A stretch of 63,044 bases of DNA, counting the filler, from Intoshia linei (taxonomy: Eukaryota; Animalia; Orthonectida), in assembly GCA_001642005.1 (NCBI GenBank). It is 5 parts of 5 records of this genome, joined end to end, with 100 filler letters (N's around TTAATTAATTAA, not from the genome) between each part and the next. Parts side by side here need not be neighbours in the genome. Positions count along the whole stretch, not along the records: positions 1 to 30,680 come from LWCA01000353.1; 4 more parts are not named here. One strand, given 5' to 3'. The translations under genes were made by a program, and so were the position numbers. The notes below the pieces were generated by a model that did not search any database, was not told the origin of the DNA, and saw only the letters and a program-made list of their open reading frames with translations. Below are positions 1-13,210 of the stretch, piece by piece (position 1 is the stretch's first letter; each line of letters begins with the position of its first letter).

Positions 1-354
1 CACGAAACCACATGGACAAGCCACTGTAACATTGTTGGCAGAATCGCTTTGGCGTCCACGTCTTATAGTCTTCTTGATCACCAATCTTACATAACTGGAA
101 ATAAGCTACATACAACTGCTTCAACCTCGGGTTTGTTGCAATCTCTTTAAGATCGCGTTCATTTTTGTACTCTCCGCAGATGTAGTAGAAGAACTTGGTG
201 TATTTTATGCACTCACTTCGAATTCTACACGAGCTGATGTTCACTAAATTTAGAAATGATTATAACGACACTGGACACTTCTACGTAGAAATTACCCAGA
301 AACGCCATATCCCGTCCCAATAAAAAAAATTTTTTCTCCATTTGTTGGCCAGTG
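1..354 (-). mobile_element. Chapaev3-like (CMC) DNA transposon, 5' end with start of transposase, truncated by window edge
   Basis: Minus strand 1-215 reads ECIKYTKFFYYICGEY...LYVAYFQLCKIGDQEDYKTWTPKRFCQQCYSGLSMWF, matching the remembered FCYICG...YxAYF..GDQD.xW.P..CxxC N-terminal Zn-finger of this transposase group. Terminus CACTGG at 354 is flanked by TAA, consistent with a TWA-type target. Confidence 0.6.
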
Positions 355-398
355 TTATCTTGGATAAAATATGCATACACGTGTTGATGATAGTATGC

Positions 399-761
399 CA
401 GTGTTTCCCAAATTGTGCGCCCGCAGCTGAATCTGATATTTTTTTTAATTTTGATTATTTATTTGAACGATTTATAATTTAAAATTATAAAAATGTGTAT
501 TTAATGTGTAAAGTATATACATTTTATAAATACACTAAAACTAACTTTAAAATATTTTTTTCTGTTATCATAATTATCTTTCAAAATTTTCATTATAAAA
601 AAAAATATCAATTATTGCAATTGAGGGGATCTTTATTAAAAAAGTTTGATAACGAATGTGATAAAACAGATTTTCAAAGATATAAATATATACAATTTAT
701 ATGCAATATAGTATGCCGCACTTTTTTTATTTATTTTTTTGTGTACTTTTGGGAAGCACTG
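399..761. mobile_element. hAT-type MITE
   Basis: TIRs cagtgtttcccaaa (399) and tttgggaagcactg (761). The 8-bp flanks match only partly (tagtatgc/atacatgc). Confidence 0.6.
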
Positions 762-1031
762 ATACATGCGAATGCGCAATGTGTATGTTGCAAAACATTA
801 TATAAGCTAGAAAATGTTTTAAGACTTAATAATTTCAAAAACATTTATCATTTTTTAGGTGACTAACCTACCTGAAACAGCCAAACCTTTTTTTAATCAT
901 ATCAAAATTAACTAAGATTAAGATAAGCTAAGTATCAAAAATTTACGATACAGATGATGATGATATACATTTGTATATAGACTTTATGAAATTTTAATAC
1001 GATACTATCATTTTTGAGTCGATTGCGTATA

Positions 1032-1990
1032 CAGTCGTACTTCCCTATAATGACCCTCCTCATAAAGACCAATAAGACAAAGATAAGGTATTTTATTTTA
1101 ACTCTATTTTCTATTAAATTGTACTTTTCTGCATTCAAAAATTGGAGTCATTCATCAATTCATTTAATCTCTATAGTGAACAGTGAACAATATTTTTATT
1201 TTTTTAATAGCTAAATATAATTAAATTTTTCCTATGTGTAATGAATAAGAAAAAAAATTTTCAACATAAAAAACAATTTGGTGTATTAAACCATAAAATT
1301 GTTAACCAAAACAAATCTATAAATGCATAATGAATTTGAAATATAAATTTGGAATTATGGTTTACAGATCTTCAAAACTTTGAACCAAATGATGAAACCA
1401 GTCCTGAACAAACTGAAAAACTCTTGGATAAATTTAACTTAATTTAATCATTTTAAGTCTTAAAAGAAGATTTGAAATTAGTAAGACGAATAGAAAAGGA
1501 AGGTGTATTTTAATTTATCGGAATTCAAGAATTAAATCCAATTGTGTTTGATAATGTTCAACCAAGCATTATTGCTTTTCCTACAACATGGCTTGTAGAA
1601 GCTGGATTTTCAGCAGTGGTCGATATTTTTGGTAGGAAGAGGTTAAAATTGGATGTGAACAATCGAGGAATAATGCGATTAAGATTGAATAAACTAATAG
1701 AAATTGATTACGATTCATTGTGCAACAAACACCAATGCCAAAGCAGTCACTAACTAGTATAAATTTAAATAAATAAAGCATTTTACTGTAAATAAAAATA
1801 GATATTTTAAGGTTTTTTAAGGTGGCCCATGGAATTTTAAGCAAAACTTTTTTGGGCCATGGCCTGAAAAAGGTTGAGAACCCCTGATATAAACCATATA
1901 TTTATTTTAACATTTTTTTGTTCACTATACTCTGATAGTGAACAGAAATTTAAAATTTTATATTTTGTTCACGATAGGGAAGTACGATTG
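1032..1990. mobile_element. pogo/Tigger-like non-autonomous element carrying a nested hAT remnant
   Basis: TA|cagtcgtacttccctat ... atagggaagtacgattg|TA terminal inverted repeats, with subterminal (ct)atagtgaac repeats. Confidence 0.7.
1290..1886 (+). pseudogene. hAT (Buster/Charlie-type) transposase 3' remnant with right TIR
   Basis: ORF 1544-1753 has FPTTWLVEAGFSAV...KRLKLDV..RG.MRL...HQCQSSH, the hAT C-terminal dimerisation motif. Upstream coding sequence is broken by stops. Right TIR ggttgagaacccctg ends at 1886. Left boundary approximate. Confidence 0.8.
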
Positions 1991-4900
1991 TATTAGCGTT
2001 CGGCGACACGCTAAAGGGACTAACTTTGTATATAATTTTGACGCGATTGTAAAAGTTGGTTTTCGTATTCGTATCTCGTTGGAAAAACTTTAAAAGTTCG
2101 TGCTTAAAAGTCAGAACAGTGGTGAATTCATTTTGAAAGTCGTGTTTTCATCTTGCTTTGTGCCGTCGTGCAGAAGTATGTATAATTTAAATTTTTTGAG
2201 ATTATAAAACATAGCTACCCTGTCGGAAACTAACTGTTGATAAAATCTCCACCGTCATATCGGTATGATCACATTTTTTAAATTTTGTAAACAATAGCTA
2301 TAATTATCATATACAGATGATATTATCATAAAGTTTAAGGCTTTAAAATTCTTTAAATATTACGTCAAGTAATTATATTATTAGAACACTTTACTGTTCA
2401 AAAGGAAATTATGATTTTGGAATTTCCAGAGTCATAAAAAGCATGAGTCCATTTAAAACAAAATTAAGTACCGAAACTTGGTTTTATGCTAAACGTTGTT
2501 TTCTATCTTTGATTGAATCTCTCTCCAACAACATTTTATTAATTCATGAAAACACATACAAAGAATGCATACATTTCCTGGTTCAATGTGAAGGTTTTTA
2601 ACTTTATTAATTCTACGTGAATTTTAAAAAACATTATATTTTAGTATACGGTCAAACTATATCCGCAAATATAGAACAGCCAATACCAGTAAACATGCTA
2701 TATCCCGGTAAAAACACAATAATTTATGAAGCTCGAATTTTAAGATATATATTGATGAATAATGTGTAATTTTCAGTAAATGTTATCTAACGTTATAAAT
2801 ATTATTAAATTTCATAAAATGTAAATTAATTAATTAACAATTCAAGATTTAAGATTAAAAAGGTATTATAAATATATTTAATTGGAACGGAATATACTAA
2901 TCCGAAACACTTACAATTTCAGTAATAATGCATCATTGTTTCATAACTGCATTAAAATTTTGATTGGCAAATGTTTATATTAATCTGTACGAAAAATAAT
3001 CCCAAGTTTATTCTGTAATTATTTTAGTCGATATTTTCAAGTACTTTAACTGACATTATAATCCTTTACTATTTTGAAATATTTTGCAAATTTACCAAAA
3101 TATAATCCATTTGAATTAAGATTACAGAATAAATTAATTAACAAAAATGTAATGTGTAATATATTTAAATTATATATAATAATTATAGTTGTATATTAAT
3201 ATTAAATGTAATAAACCTTGTTTGACCAAATAAATTTGTTGTTTTACGCGTTAATGAAATTTATAAAAAATTTAGAAATATAGACATAAATTTCAATTGA
3301 TTGGCGCCAATTTTTTCAAAAAATTAACAGGTAATAATTTAACCATGATGATTATCTATTTACTGAATTCTTATCATATTAATTTGGCGCCTATTTTTAA
3401 CAGGCAATATTATTCAATACTGATAACAATAATTTTCATCGTATAATGCTATCATTTTTGTTAAGGTAATTATTCATTACTATTAATTTATTTAAATTAC
3501 ATACATATATTATTAAATATGAAAGGTAAGTATAAAATATAAATTCGTACAATTAATCTGAGCTTTGATAGTTTTGAGTATTTGTGGAGAATACAGAATA
3601 AAATAGCACGAGAGGAGCATTATAATTGAAAATGACACGTAGTGAAAAACGAAGAAACCTAATAATGTAAAATGAAATAGGTGGTTTTTAGTAAACTGTT
3701 GTAGTTCTTATTTATCTTTATGTGATTCTGGTTACAGTTGTATTATGGTATTATGATTTATATTGGTTATATGACACCCGACTGGACATTTGATGGATTA
3801 TGGGTCAGTAATTACTTCTTCAGAAAGTATTAATTGACAATTGCGAATTTAAATATTTTTTTAAATAAAATAAAATGGAAAACACCGAATACAAACTGAT
3901 GGTATCACATTCCATAGTCTGTTACAATAAATTTCAGATACAATTTGTCTTCAAATGTACTTATTTTTGATCAACGTCTCAAAGTCTAGTTTCTGGTAGT
4001 TATTTTGGTATTCTGAATGTGTTGAAGCTTTGATTCTTTAAAAATATAATACAAATCTGCCAACCCTAACGCACCGTATCCGATATCCGTCCACAGAGGG
4101 GTGGGAATGGATGAAATTTTTCAATTATCATAATTATTGCTTTTTCTTGGATTTATCTTTGATGGGTTTGCATAACACTGCCTTATCTAAAATATCTTAA
4201 AAATTTATATCGAAACAACTCTATTTTAATCTATGCTAAAAATATTTAATAAATGATTAATGAACTTATAACCCTGCACGGGTGGCATTTTGCGTTATTA
4301 CCGCATGTAATTCTTTTTAATTGTTATCCATGAATCATAAATAGTATCCTATCTAATTTTGCAACAATTTAATTTTGATTAGGTTTTCATGGAATCTTAT
4401 GTAAAATAACGTGAATGCCTCTACTACAGTATCTCAACCTGAGTTTCACGGAACACATCCTTATCGATACAATTTTATAGATAACATGAATAAGTGTATA
4501 TTATTATGTAATGTAATCTACCACATGTAAATAATTTAAAAATGTTATACAGAAATTTTATCGTTCTAAACATCAATTTGCGTATCGTTTATGAATTTTT
4601 TTTATATTACACATTTTACGTATCCACCATTATGGTAGTTTTAGGTCTGTAAATATGTATCCGAAAACGATGAAAAAATAGATTATAGTATCATTGGTAC
4701 ATGCCATAGTTCTACTTCATCTTGAATTAAATTTGTATAAATGTACGAAACTAAACATTTTCGTTCAAAATATGATACGATGCGAGTACTAAAAAAATTA
4801 TTGTATGAAGTGTAAGAAAATGAAATGTATACAACTTGAAATTATCTAATTTACTTCAAGGTAATAAATAATTACCATTGAATTACCCACCAACCAAAAA

Positions 4901-7079
4901 TTTTATATTTCATCAAAAATGACCATTAAATCTTGATCCATATTGAAAAATTATGTGTAAATTAATACTTTCATAATATTAATATTAAAAATATAACACT
5001 TGTTGAATGAAATACAATACCACTTAAAACGGCTAATTTTAATATTTAATTATTTAAGATATAATTTGATACATTCAAAATTCAAATTCCAATTTACCAT
5101 CATATCGTTATTTAAAATTAATATTAATTAATTCATTTTTTTACATTTTTTACAATGTATATTTCATTTTTGATTTCAACTACATATTATTCTTCATTAA
5201 TTCGATATAAATATAAGAAATATTCACCATTTTTTTAAATTTTAAAGAATGTAATCATAAACACAATATGAATTACACCAATTTAAGAATAGTTTGATAA
5301 TTTTACGTTTATCAATTTTACCATGTGTCATTCTTAAAATGTTTAAATGCTACAAACATAAAAATACCATGAAAATTGTACATTTATATAAAATTGGTTA
5401 TAAATTGAAATTTAGAGATTATAGAAGATGTAAGAGCATTCATACATGTCAGATTATTTGCACACGGATTTATCTAGTATAGAGCTACTTATAAGAATAC
5501 TGACACAATACAGATTGACTTATGCGAAAGTCAATTTGGAAATTGAGCCTGGAAAGGATTTAGAACAAATTTAACGTTATAATCCTCAGAGTGACGTATA
5601 CACGAAATTTTCATTTTGGTATGACAGAATTAATTAAATTTGTTTCATTATCAACATTTACATAAAATTTTAGTTACATTATTTTCAGCTTTTGTAATTA
5701 TTTGTAAAAATTAAACTCAAAATTTAACAAGAAAATTTTAATATAGGTAATATTAATATTATATTCATTTACAATGTTAATAATAATTTATTTATAATTT
5801 TTTCATTGACTTGTGCTTTTCGTTCCTTTAGACAAAATTAGGATATTGACGTTGATTAAAATATTTAAGATGGTAGAGATATCTTAACACAAAATGTAAA
5901 CTTTTTTATGAATACGGAATCATGTCTAATACATCTATCGGGTACTTGGTGGACTTTAAAATATCATAAAGTTATTTTTCATAATATGTTTATGTAATTT
6001 AGGCTTATCATTTCTTGAAATATTTTTATATTCGAATTGGAACAGCACATAATATTACTGAGTATAGATGCATTATGCATTATTTTATGGATTTTTAAAT
6101 AAATTAGAGTGGAGTCATTCATTCAATCAAAAAAATTATAATTCGAAAATTATAATTGAAAAATAACGGAAATAAAAAATTTTAGATAGAATCATCGTTT
6201 CAGTATAAATCAATAATACCGTTAATTTATATATATCGTATATATTAAATCTACTTAATTTGTTAACTATTTCCTAGACAATTGGTTCCCTTGTTCGCCA
6301 AAAGTTTTGAATTCCCAATTGTAAATAATATTGGAGGCTTCAAATATTAAGGCAACATATAAACTTTTGGTGAAATGATCATTGAAAATTGTTCATTCCA
6401 TTAAATAAATCATGAAAAATGTTACCAATATTCTCTCACATACGTACAAAATATAGCTTTGGTTACACTTAGAGGGGTAGAGTAACAATTTTTTTATTAG
6501 AAAATACATCAGAAAATAATATTTCAATATAATCTCGAAACTAACAAACCAAACTTTAGTTGGTTTCCTTCATTTTTCTTCAATACCGTCATAGGGGTCC
6601 ACGGCGAAAAATGGTTGATAAAAACTGGTTTACATGGAAAAAAACCTTCATAAAATAACTAATTTGTGCAGGTACCACAAAATCTTCGACCGGGTACATT
6701 GGTTCCTGCGAGAACAGCGTTGGTGACGCCTCACGTAGACTTTCGTAAAGACAATTATATTTTTCTACAAATTTTTACTCCAGGTTTTGTGCATGAACAT
6801 AACTTTTTGGCCATTGGCTTATTATATTTGGCATCCTTGTCAACTAAAATGTCACTTGCAGAATAACTATCAGTGTCACTGATTCAGTGATATTACTAAA
6901 ATAAAATTTTTAAGGTACCCGCCCATTTGTGATGGATGAGGACATTTTAATTATTTAATGTGAGATGTACAATCTCCGTTTGAATTGTATGCTATTGTTT
7001 GTCTTCTGATCCGTCTGCAAGTAATCTTTCACTTTAAAATTTTTTGTTGTGTTAGATAAAAACTATATTTTATATACAT

Positions 7080-7504
7080 CAGCGATTCCCAACATACTTC
7101 ACAGTTGGTACCCTAAACTGAAAAAAAATTATTTCGTACCCCATAATAATTTAAATTTAGTTTATCTGACACTATATTAATTAAAAAAGGTATATTAACT
7201 ATTTAAAATTGTTAAAACTCTACTTGACCATAAATGGATATCTAAATTAATCGTTAATGATTGAACTGACGGAATAGGGACGTACATATATTTTATATGC
7301 AACCTCAAAAGCACATAAACTATCAAATAGACGTAAATACATAAGAAACTAAATACATTATTAGTAATAATTTTTATTTTAAATTATTTTTGAGAATTTA
7401 AAAAATATCTATAATTGATGAGTCATATTATCAGACGAGCTGGTACCCCAAAATAATTTATGGGACCCCCTAGGGGTCACACTACTCCCATTTGAGAACC
7501 GCTG
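7080..7504. mobile_element. hAT MITE with perfect 8-bp TSD
   Basis: TIRs cagcgattcccaa and ttgagaaccgctg, flanked on both sides by ATATACAT. Confidence 0.85.
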
Positions 7505-7803
7505 ATATACATATATATGTAAATATTCTTGTACCGTAATTAAATAAGTTCTTCTTAAAGGTCCCTTAAATTGGATTATAGTTCTATGATCCCATATATA
7601 CTATGTGGTTTCCGTTTCCTTATTTGGCCAAAATTAATTAAACTCGCAACATTGGCGAACTAGAGAAACAATAGACTGGATTCACAGTAGTCAATGCATT
7701 ATGATTTAATTTTATTCATTTATCAGCACTTGGGAACTATAATCCATTATTAGATTTTAACTTTTAAATTAGTAATTAAAAATTATAGAAAAACTACAAT
7801 CCT

Positions 7804-8897
7804 ATGGAATCAAATTACAATTCTAATGAACTCGTTATCGATGACATACTAAACCTAGATAAACGGGATTTAGCAGTTTATGCCGATGAAAACAAAAGTT
7901 CCAGTACTTCGTCCATCTCTTCAAATTCTGAAAATGCAATTTTACCACCAGACATTATGACGACCGATGATTTGCAAGAGTTTGTTGACAAACTCCTTGA
8001 AGGTTATACTTGGTCTCTTAATAAAGACAGGGAAAATTTTTTAAACAAAAAATTTCGAAGTCGTGACCATATAAAAAGACCAATGAATGCTTTCATGGTT
8101 TGGGCTCAAGCCGCACGAAAAAAACTAGCTGATGATTTTCCTCATCTAAGAAATACCGAATTGTCCAAAACGCTTGGAAAATTGTGGAAGTATATTTTTA
8201 ATGATATATTTAACTTTTATTACAATTTTTATAATTTTTAACCTACAATTTAATTTATTAGAATACTCAAACCAGAAGAAAAGAAACCATTCATAGAAGA
8301 AGCTGAACGATTACGTGTAAAACATAAAATGGACCATCCACAGTACAAATACAAACCCAGACGAAAGAGTGTAAAAGATTTAACGGACGAAGATGATATC
8401 AATGTTGAAAATATAATAAATCATATATCCAACCCAATGCTAAAGTTAAACAGTATTTGCGATATAAACGATGACATGAACATGAATATAACTGATATTA
8501 ATGAAAAAAATTATGACCCAATCAGCTATCAAAAAAATTATCATTTTAAACCAATTAAATCGAAAAATAATACGGTCTACACTAGAAACGAAAACAATGA
8601 AAACATTATGCATCAACATGGTCCAAAATCGAATTACAGTTATTCAAAGGAATCAAACTGTTCCTCCATGGAGTCACAAAACTATGATAGATTAGTAATG
8701 TTAGAGGTGAATCAAAGACCATCATGTGCTTACAGTGAAAATTTTACACCTGAACCTGTATCAAATTATCCAGATATATCACCAATGTATGACTATGGTA
8801 AATATTAAACCATTTCTAATTTAAATAATTTTCTTTAGATAATTTCATTTACGAAAATTTTATAGATGACGACTCTGAAAAAAATTACAAAAATTAG
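7804..8897 (+). CDS. SoxE: SoxE-group HMG-box transcription factor (exons 7804-8189, 8262-8797, 8839-8897)
   Basis: [38 protein letters not shown]|[35 protein letters not shown], with the intron at the conserved SoxE/F HMG position. Upstream LLEGYTWSL resembles the SoxE dimerisation motif. The last exon is less certain. Confidence 0.9.
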
Positions 8898-9049
8898 AAT
8901 ATTCTTATAGTCTTATATAAACCACTTTAACGTATAATGGATGGTATAATTTAAAATAACGTAAATTGTAATTAAACATTTGTTCCGTAAATTTTACAAA
9001 AACTTTTTACCCAAAATAAAGCAATGTAAAAGTTTAATATAATACAATT

Positions 9050-12000
9050 CTATTTATTATTTTCAACCTTGTTGGTATTTGAATTCTTTAACAGAGATAT
9101 ACCTGAAAACATGTTGCAAATGTTTTTTCTAGAAATGTAAGGAGACGATATAATTTTTTGAATAATTTTGTCTTCTATGAAACTACAATTATTTAAAATT
9201 TTCTTTTGATTTTTATCAAGAGAAGATAAACTCTTTATATTGCCATACATAGAATTTGTATCATTGTTTAATGATTTGTGGTAGTGGTATTGATTAATTT
9301 TTTTACTCATTTCAGATAAATTATTAATATTTTTACCGTTCTTTTTGTTTTTTTTTAATGAAATATCCTTACCGTTTAAATTTGGATGATTAATGTACAG
9401 AGTATTTAGGTAGGTACTCAAGTTATTTTTACAATCTATCAGATTTTCTTTTTTATATAGTTTTTCTTGTCCAGTATTGCTTTTAGGTTTAATTTTCATT
9501 GATTTTCCAATTATTGATGGGTCAACTGATTTGTTAGTATTGTATTTCATTTGAATTTTATTATTCAATAATTTGTCTCCAATCAAACATGTTGTAAGCT
9601 GTTTGATTACTCGCATTTTTTGGTAATTTAAAGAGTTTAATATCATGTTATCATATGCTGATACAGTCAAATACGATTTCGGACAAAATTTGTCATGATA
9701 TAAAAATTCGCTATTTTCCAATGAATTTATCGGAAAAATTGACAAGTTTCGACGACTTTTTTCATAACATTCTAATACTATGTCTAAACAAATAAATTTA
9801 AATTTTTTTAAAGTTTACATACAAAGCGTTTCCTTTAAGAATTTTGGGATAATTTCTTTTAATTCTTTACAATTTGTAGCGAAACATGGGTTTGAATTTA
9901 CTTCTATTAGCCAAACCTATATTTTAAATTAACAAAATATAAATTTAATAAAAATGCAGCTTTATCCACCTCATAAAACCCTTTTAAAGTTTTTTCAAAT
10001 TACATGCATTTTATCATCAATCATAAAATCGAATCCATAAATATCAAACATTCCATGTCTAGCATTTAATTTTAATTGGCAAGCTTTGAAACAATGCATC
10101 ATAATTTCCTTCATTCTATTCTATTTTACGAAATATATAGGATATATAAAAAATTAAATATTCGGTCATGTCTATTAGACATGTGTCATAAAGTTTTTTA
10201 ATCATTAAATGAAATCAATTATAAAATATCATAAAGTACGGTCAAAAAATTAGACATCAAAAGTTTTAGTATCCAACTTGAACCTACATAAAATTGACGA
10301 TGTCAATTGAAAGTCCATAATGCACCAAATTTTTTTAAATTACAGAAACAATTGAAAAAAGAAGTGGAATTGTAGAATTATACTAATTTTAAATTTTTGA
10401 GTAAATATTACCGTTATTTATATCAAATAAATGTTTGGGTTGACCGTGTAACCACGATTTATTCAATAATTAAACGTACAACATTACAATTTAAAAAATA
10501 CAAATTTTAGGTTAGTTTTCTACTGAATTTCAATCTGAAACTACAATGAAACATCCTGGATGAGTCATCCAAATAAGAAATTAATGACATTTTATGATTT
10601 TACAAATCAATTTGAGCTAACACGTTTACATTAATTTTTCTCTCTCTAAATTACAGTAAATTACAGACTGTAATTTAGACTCAAATCAATTTCGGCTTAT
10701 TATATTACATGCTTACACTAAATTTTGACAACTATAATTTAGGCTCAAATCAACTTCGGCTTATAATATTGTATGCTGACAGTAAATTTAGAATCAAATC
10801 AATTTAGGCTTATAATATTGCCCGCTTACATTAATTTTAATCTCTATAATTTAGACTAAAATCAATTTTTTAAAAATGGTAATTTGTGGTTTTGATTGTT
10901 AAAATGCATTTTTTTGAAGGTTATGATTTTAAAAATCATATAGAGAATTTATGTTTTATAAAAGTTTAGTACTTTTTAATTTTTAAAATCAAGGGTAATT
11001 TGCTGGTTTTTACCATGAAGATGTATCTTTCTGAGGTTGAGATTTACGACAATGTTAATGAATTTCCAACCCGTCCCTGAATGTATCTTTTTTGAAATTA
11101 TAGGACTAATTTTATAATTGAAGTTTATCATGTTGATTAATTTAAAATCATTATCAGATTGTGTATTTTTTATACTTCTAGGACTTGTTTCAATTTTAAA
11201 AAAAAAAAAAATTGGGGTTTTTGTTTTCGAAGGATTCAGTTTTGTAAAATAAAATTGAGATATAAACACACCAGCAAAAACTTGTTTTATAAATTAGGTT
11301 TTCTGAAATTTAAAGACTGCTAATTTTTAAAAAAAAACGGTAACACACAGACCTTCAATTTTATACAAGTAGAGGGTGGTAGTTTTTAGTAAAAAACAGT
11401 CACTAAATTAATAATCATTCTTTATTGATTGAACTGTTATATCATTTTTTGAAGTGAACCTGAAATTTTCTAAGAGTGAAAGTGGTCTAGCATAAAAAAA
11501 CGTTGGGAAACACTGTCCCAAACAAATGGATAGATAAGTACAAATCCAATTGTAAAGATAAGCAAGGATTGCAAATTGCAATTATAAACTAATAATAAAA
11601 ATACCGCAAATACATTAAAAACCCAATTTCTACATATAGTATCATCATCTTTGGATAGTTCATTTATATAGTCATTCAATTGTTCCATTGACCAAACTGT
11701 ATCATCTTTAAATTTTTCATAATTGGGGTTTTTTTTTTGAATAAACTAAGACATTTTTTTTTAGATTTTTGAAAAAAGAACCTGATTTGTTAAATGTCCG
11801 ATAATAAGTTCACTATCAGCATCATACTCAATCATACAAAGTCTTGCATATCCGTGATGAAACAAAACAATGAAAGGATACGACGAAACAACAATCATGT
11901 AAGCTCTAACATCAAACTTTCGTTTATTCAGTAAAAGTGGTAGAGTTATATATCTTTGCATAATTCTACCAATTCCAATTTTATGAGGTTTTTTTAAATA

Positions 12001-12865
12001 CTTGTTGTCAATTTCAGCAATGACCTGATTTGCTCTATTTGGCGAACGTATTAAATAAATCCCTTTTCCCTGATTCAAACAAGTAGGTTTGCATATCCAT
12101 ATTTCGTTTTCTAAGTAATTACGGTACAAACGAAAAAAATAATAATTATAATCAATTGGAAAACCTTTAATTTTATCAAGAAAAGTTATGCGATCAGTTT
12201 TATGATCCAGTCGATAAGTTTCAGGTAAAAAGTCGCCAGAATGTATTTTTTTTTTTTTGATTGGATTCCCTTCTTTACAACATTTTTTAATTTGTAAAGT
12301 AGAATTACTTCCATGTTGAAACAAGGCATCATGTATTCGATCATAATGCTTAAGAGTATTGATTAGACCCAATTTATTGGTTAATAAGTGAGAATTTGGA
12401 ATATGGTTCACTAACTGTTGACCTAATTTTTAGACATTTAGATGAAATTAACTTGATTCAATAATTAATTGTAAATAAATAAACAAAATTATAATAATAA
12501 TAAATCCAACCTTCCTTTAAATTTATCCATTTAATTTGATTTTTTGTTTCGACCCATTTTAGTCTAAAATTGTTGGAATCTTTGTCAAGCAGTCTTTTCC
12601 ATCCCAATTTTAAAAGTTCTTCACCAATTCTAAAACGACATAATTATAAATAATTTAAACAATACATGTTGGATCCATTACGACCACTGATAAAAAAAAG
12701 TGGTTCTCTATTGTGATAAAAATGCTTGATGTACAAAAACAGTTTAATTTTTCTGTCAAATTCAGCCGTGCTTTCTTTACCGTCTAGTAAAGTTTTAGTG
12801 ATAGTTGACTTGTCCATTTCAACGTTTTCATTGGTTTCTAAAATGTTATCCGTTTTTTGAGTCAT
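9050..12865 (-). CDS. TTLL10: Tubulin glycylase TTLL10-like, multi-exon
   Basis: TTL motifs WICKPTCLNQGKGIYL, QRYITLPLLLNKRKFDVRAY, GHLTNQ, DTVWSMEQLNDYIN, FDIYGFDFMID and VWLIEVNSNP in exons joined by in-phase GT-AG introns. Confidence 0.85.
10670..10870. repeat. Degenerate tandem repeat, about 4 units of 50-65 bp, in a TTLL10 intron
   Basis: Repeated core taatttag(a/g)ctcaaatcaa(t/c)tt(c/a)ggcttat. Confidence 0.75.
10915..11330 (-). mobile_element. Internal fragment of the dominant Helitron-like repeat
   Basis: Shares gggtaattt..ggtttt.accatgaag, ttatgattttaaaa and ggactcaaattttg blocks with 50800-51150. Further fragments near 14270-14500, 18100-18380, 19190-19300, 32200-32390, 38790-39110 and 58620-59000. 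Confidence 0.6.
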
Positions 12866-13210
12866 TGAAATAACGATTATTTAAAAAGTAAAAAGTTTTT
12901 ATTTGTTATAAAATTTGGTTTTTAATCAATATAGTATATAAAATATTAAAACATTCTATAAAATAATATTTAGTTCAATCATTGTTCCAGTCATGACTAG
13001 TACAATTAAAGTGTTCTAAATATGGTAATTCAGAATAAAAGAAAAATAAGTAAACATTTTTGTCAATATCGTTTAATCTCTAAGATAAATAGTGCCCTAG
13101 ATTGGATAAATGTTTTTAACGTTAATCAATCAACACTTTGTGGTTTTTATTTTTGAACTCAATAAGACACATCCATACAAAATCACAATAATTGATAATT
13201 AAATAATAAG

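Noticed and set aside
495-1214. ORFs 495-866, 935-1138 and 1014-1214
   Set aside because: They lie in AT-rich MITE sequence, have F/I/K/Y-biased composition and show no motifs.
10670-10870. Repeat-spacer-like pattern resembling CRISPR (also 61880-62040 and 31110-31300)
   Set aside because: The spacers are homologous to each other, the context is eukaryotic intron or TE, and there are no cas genes. These are ordinary minisatellites.
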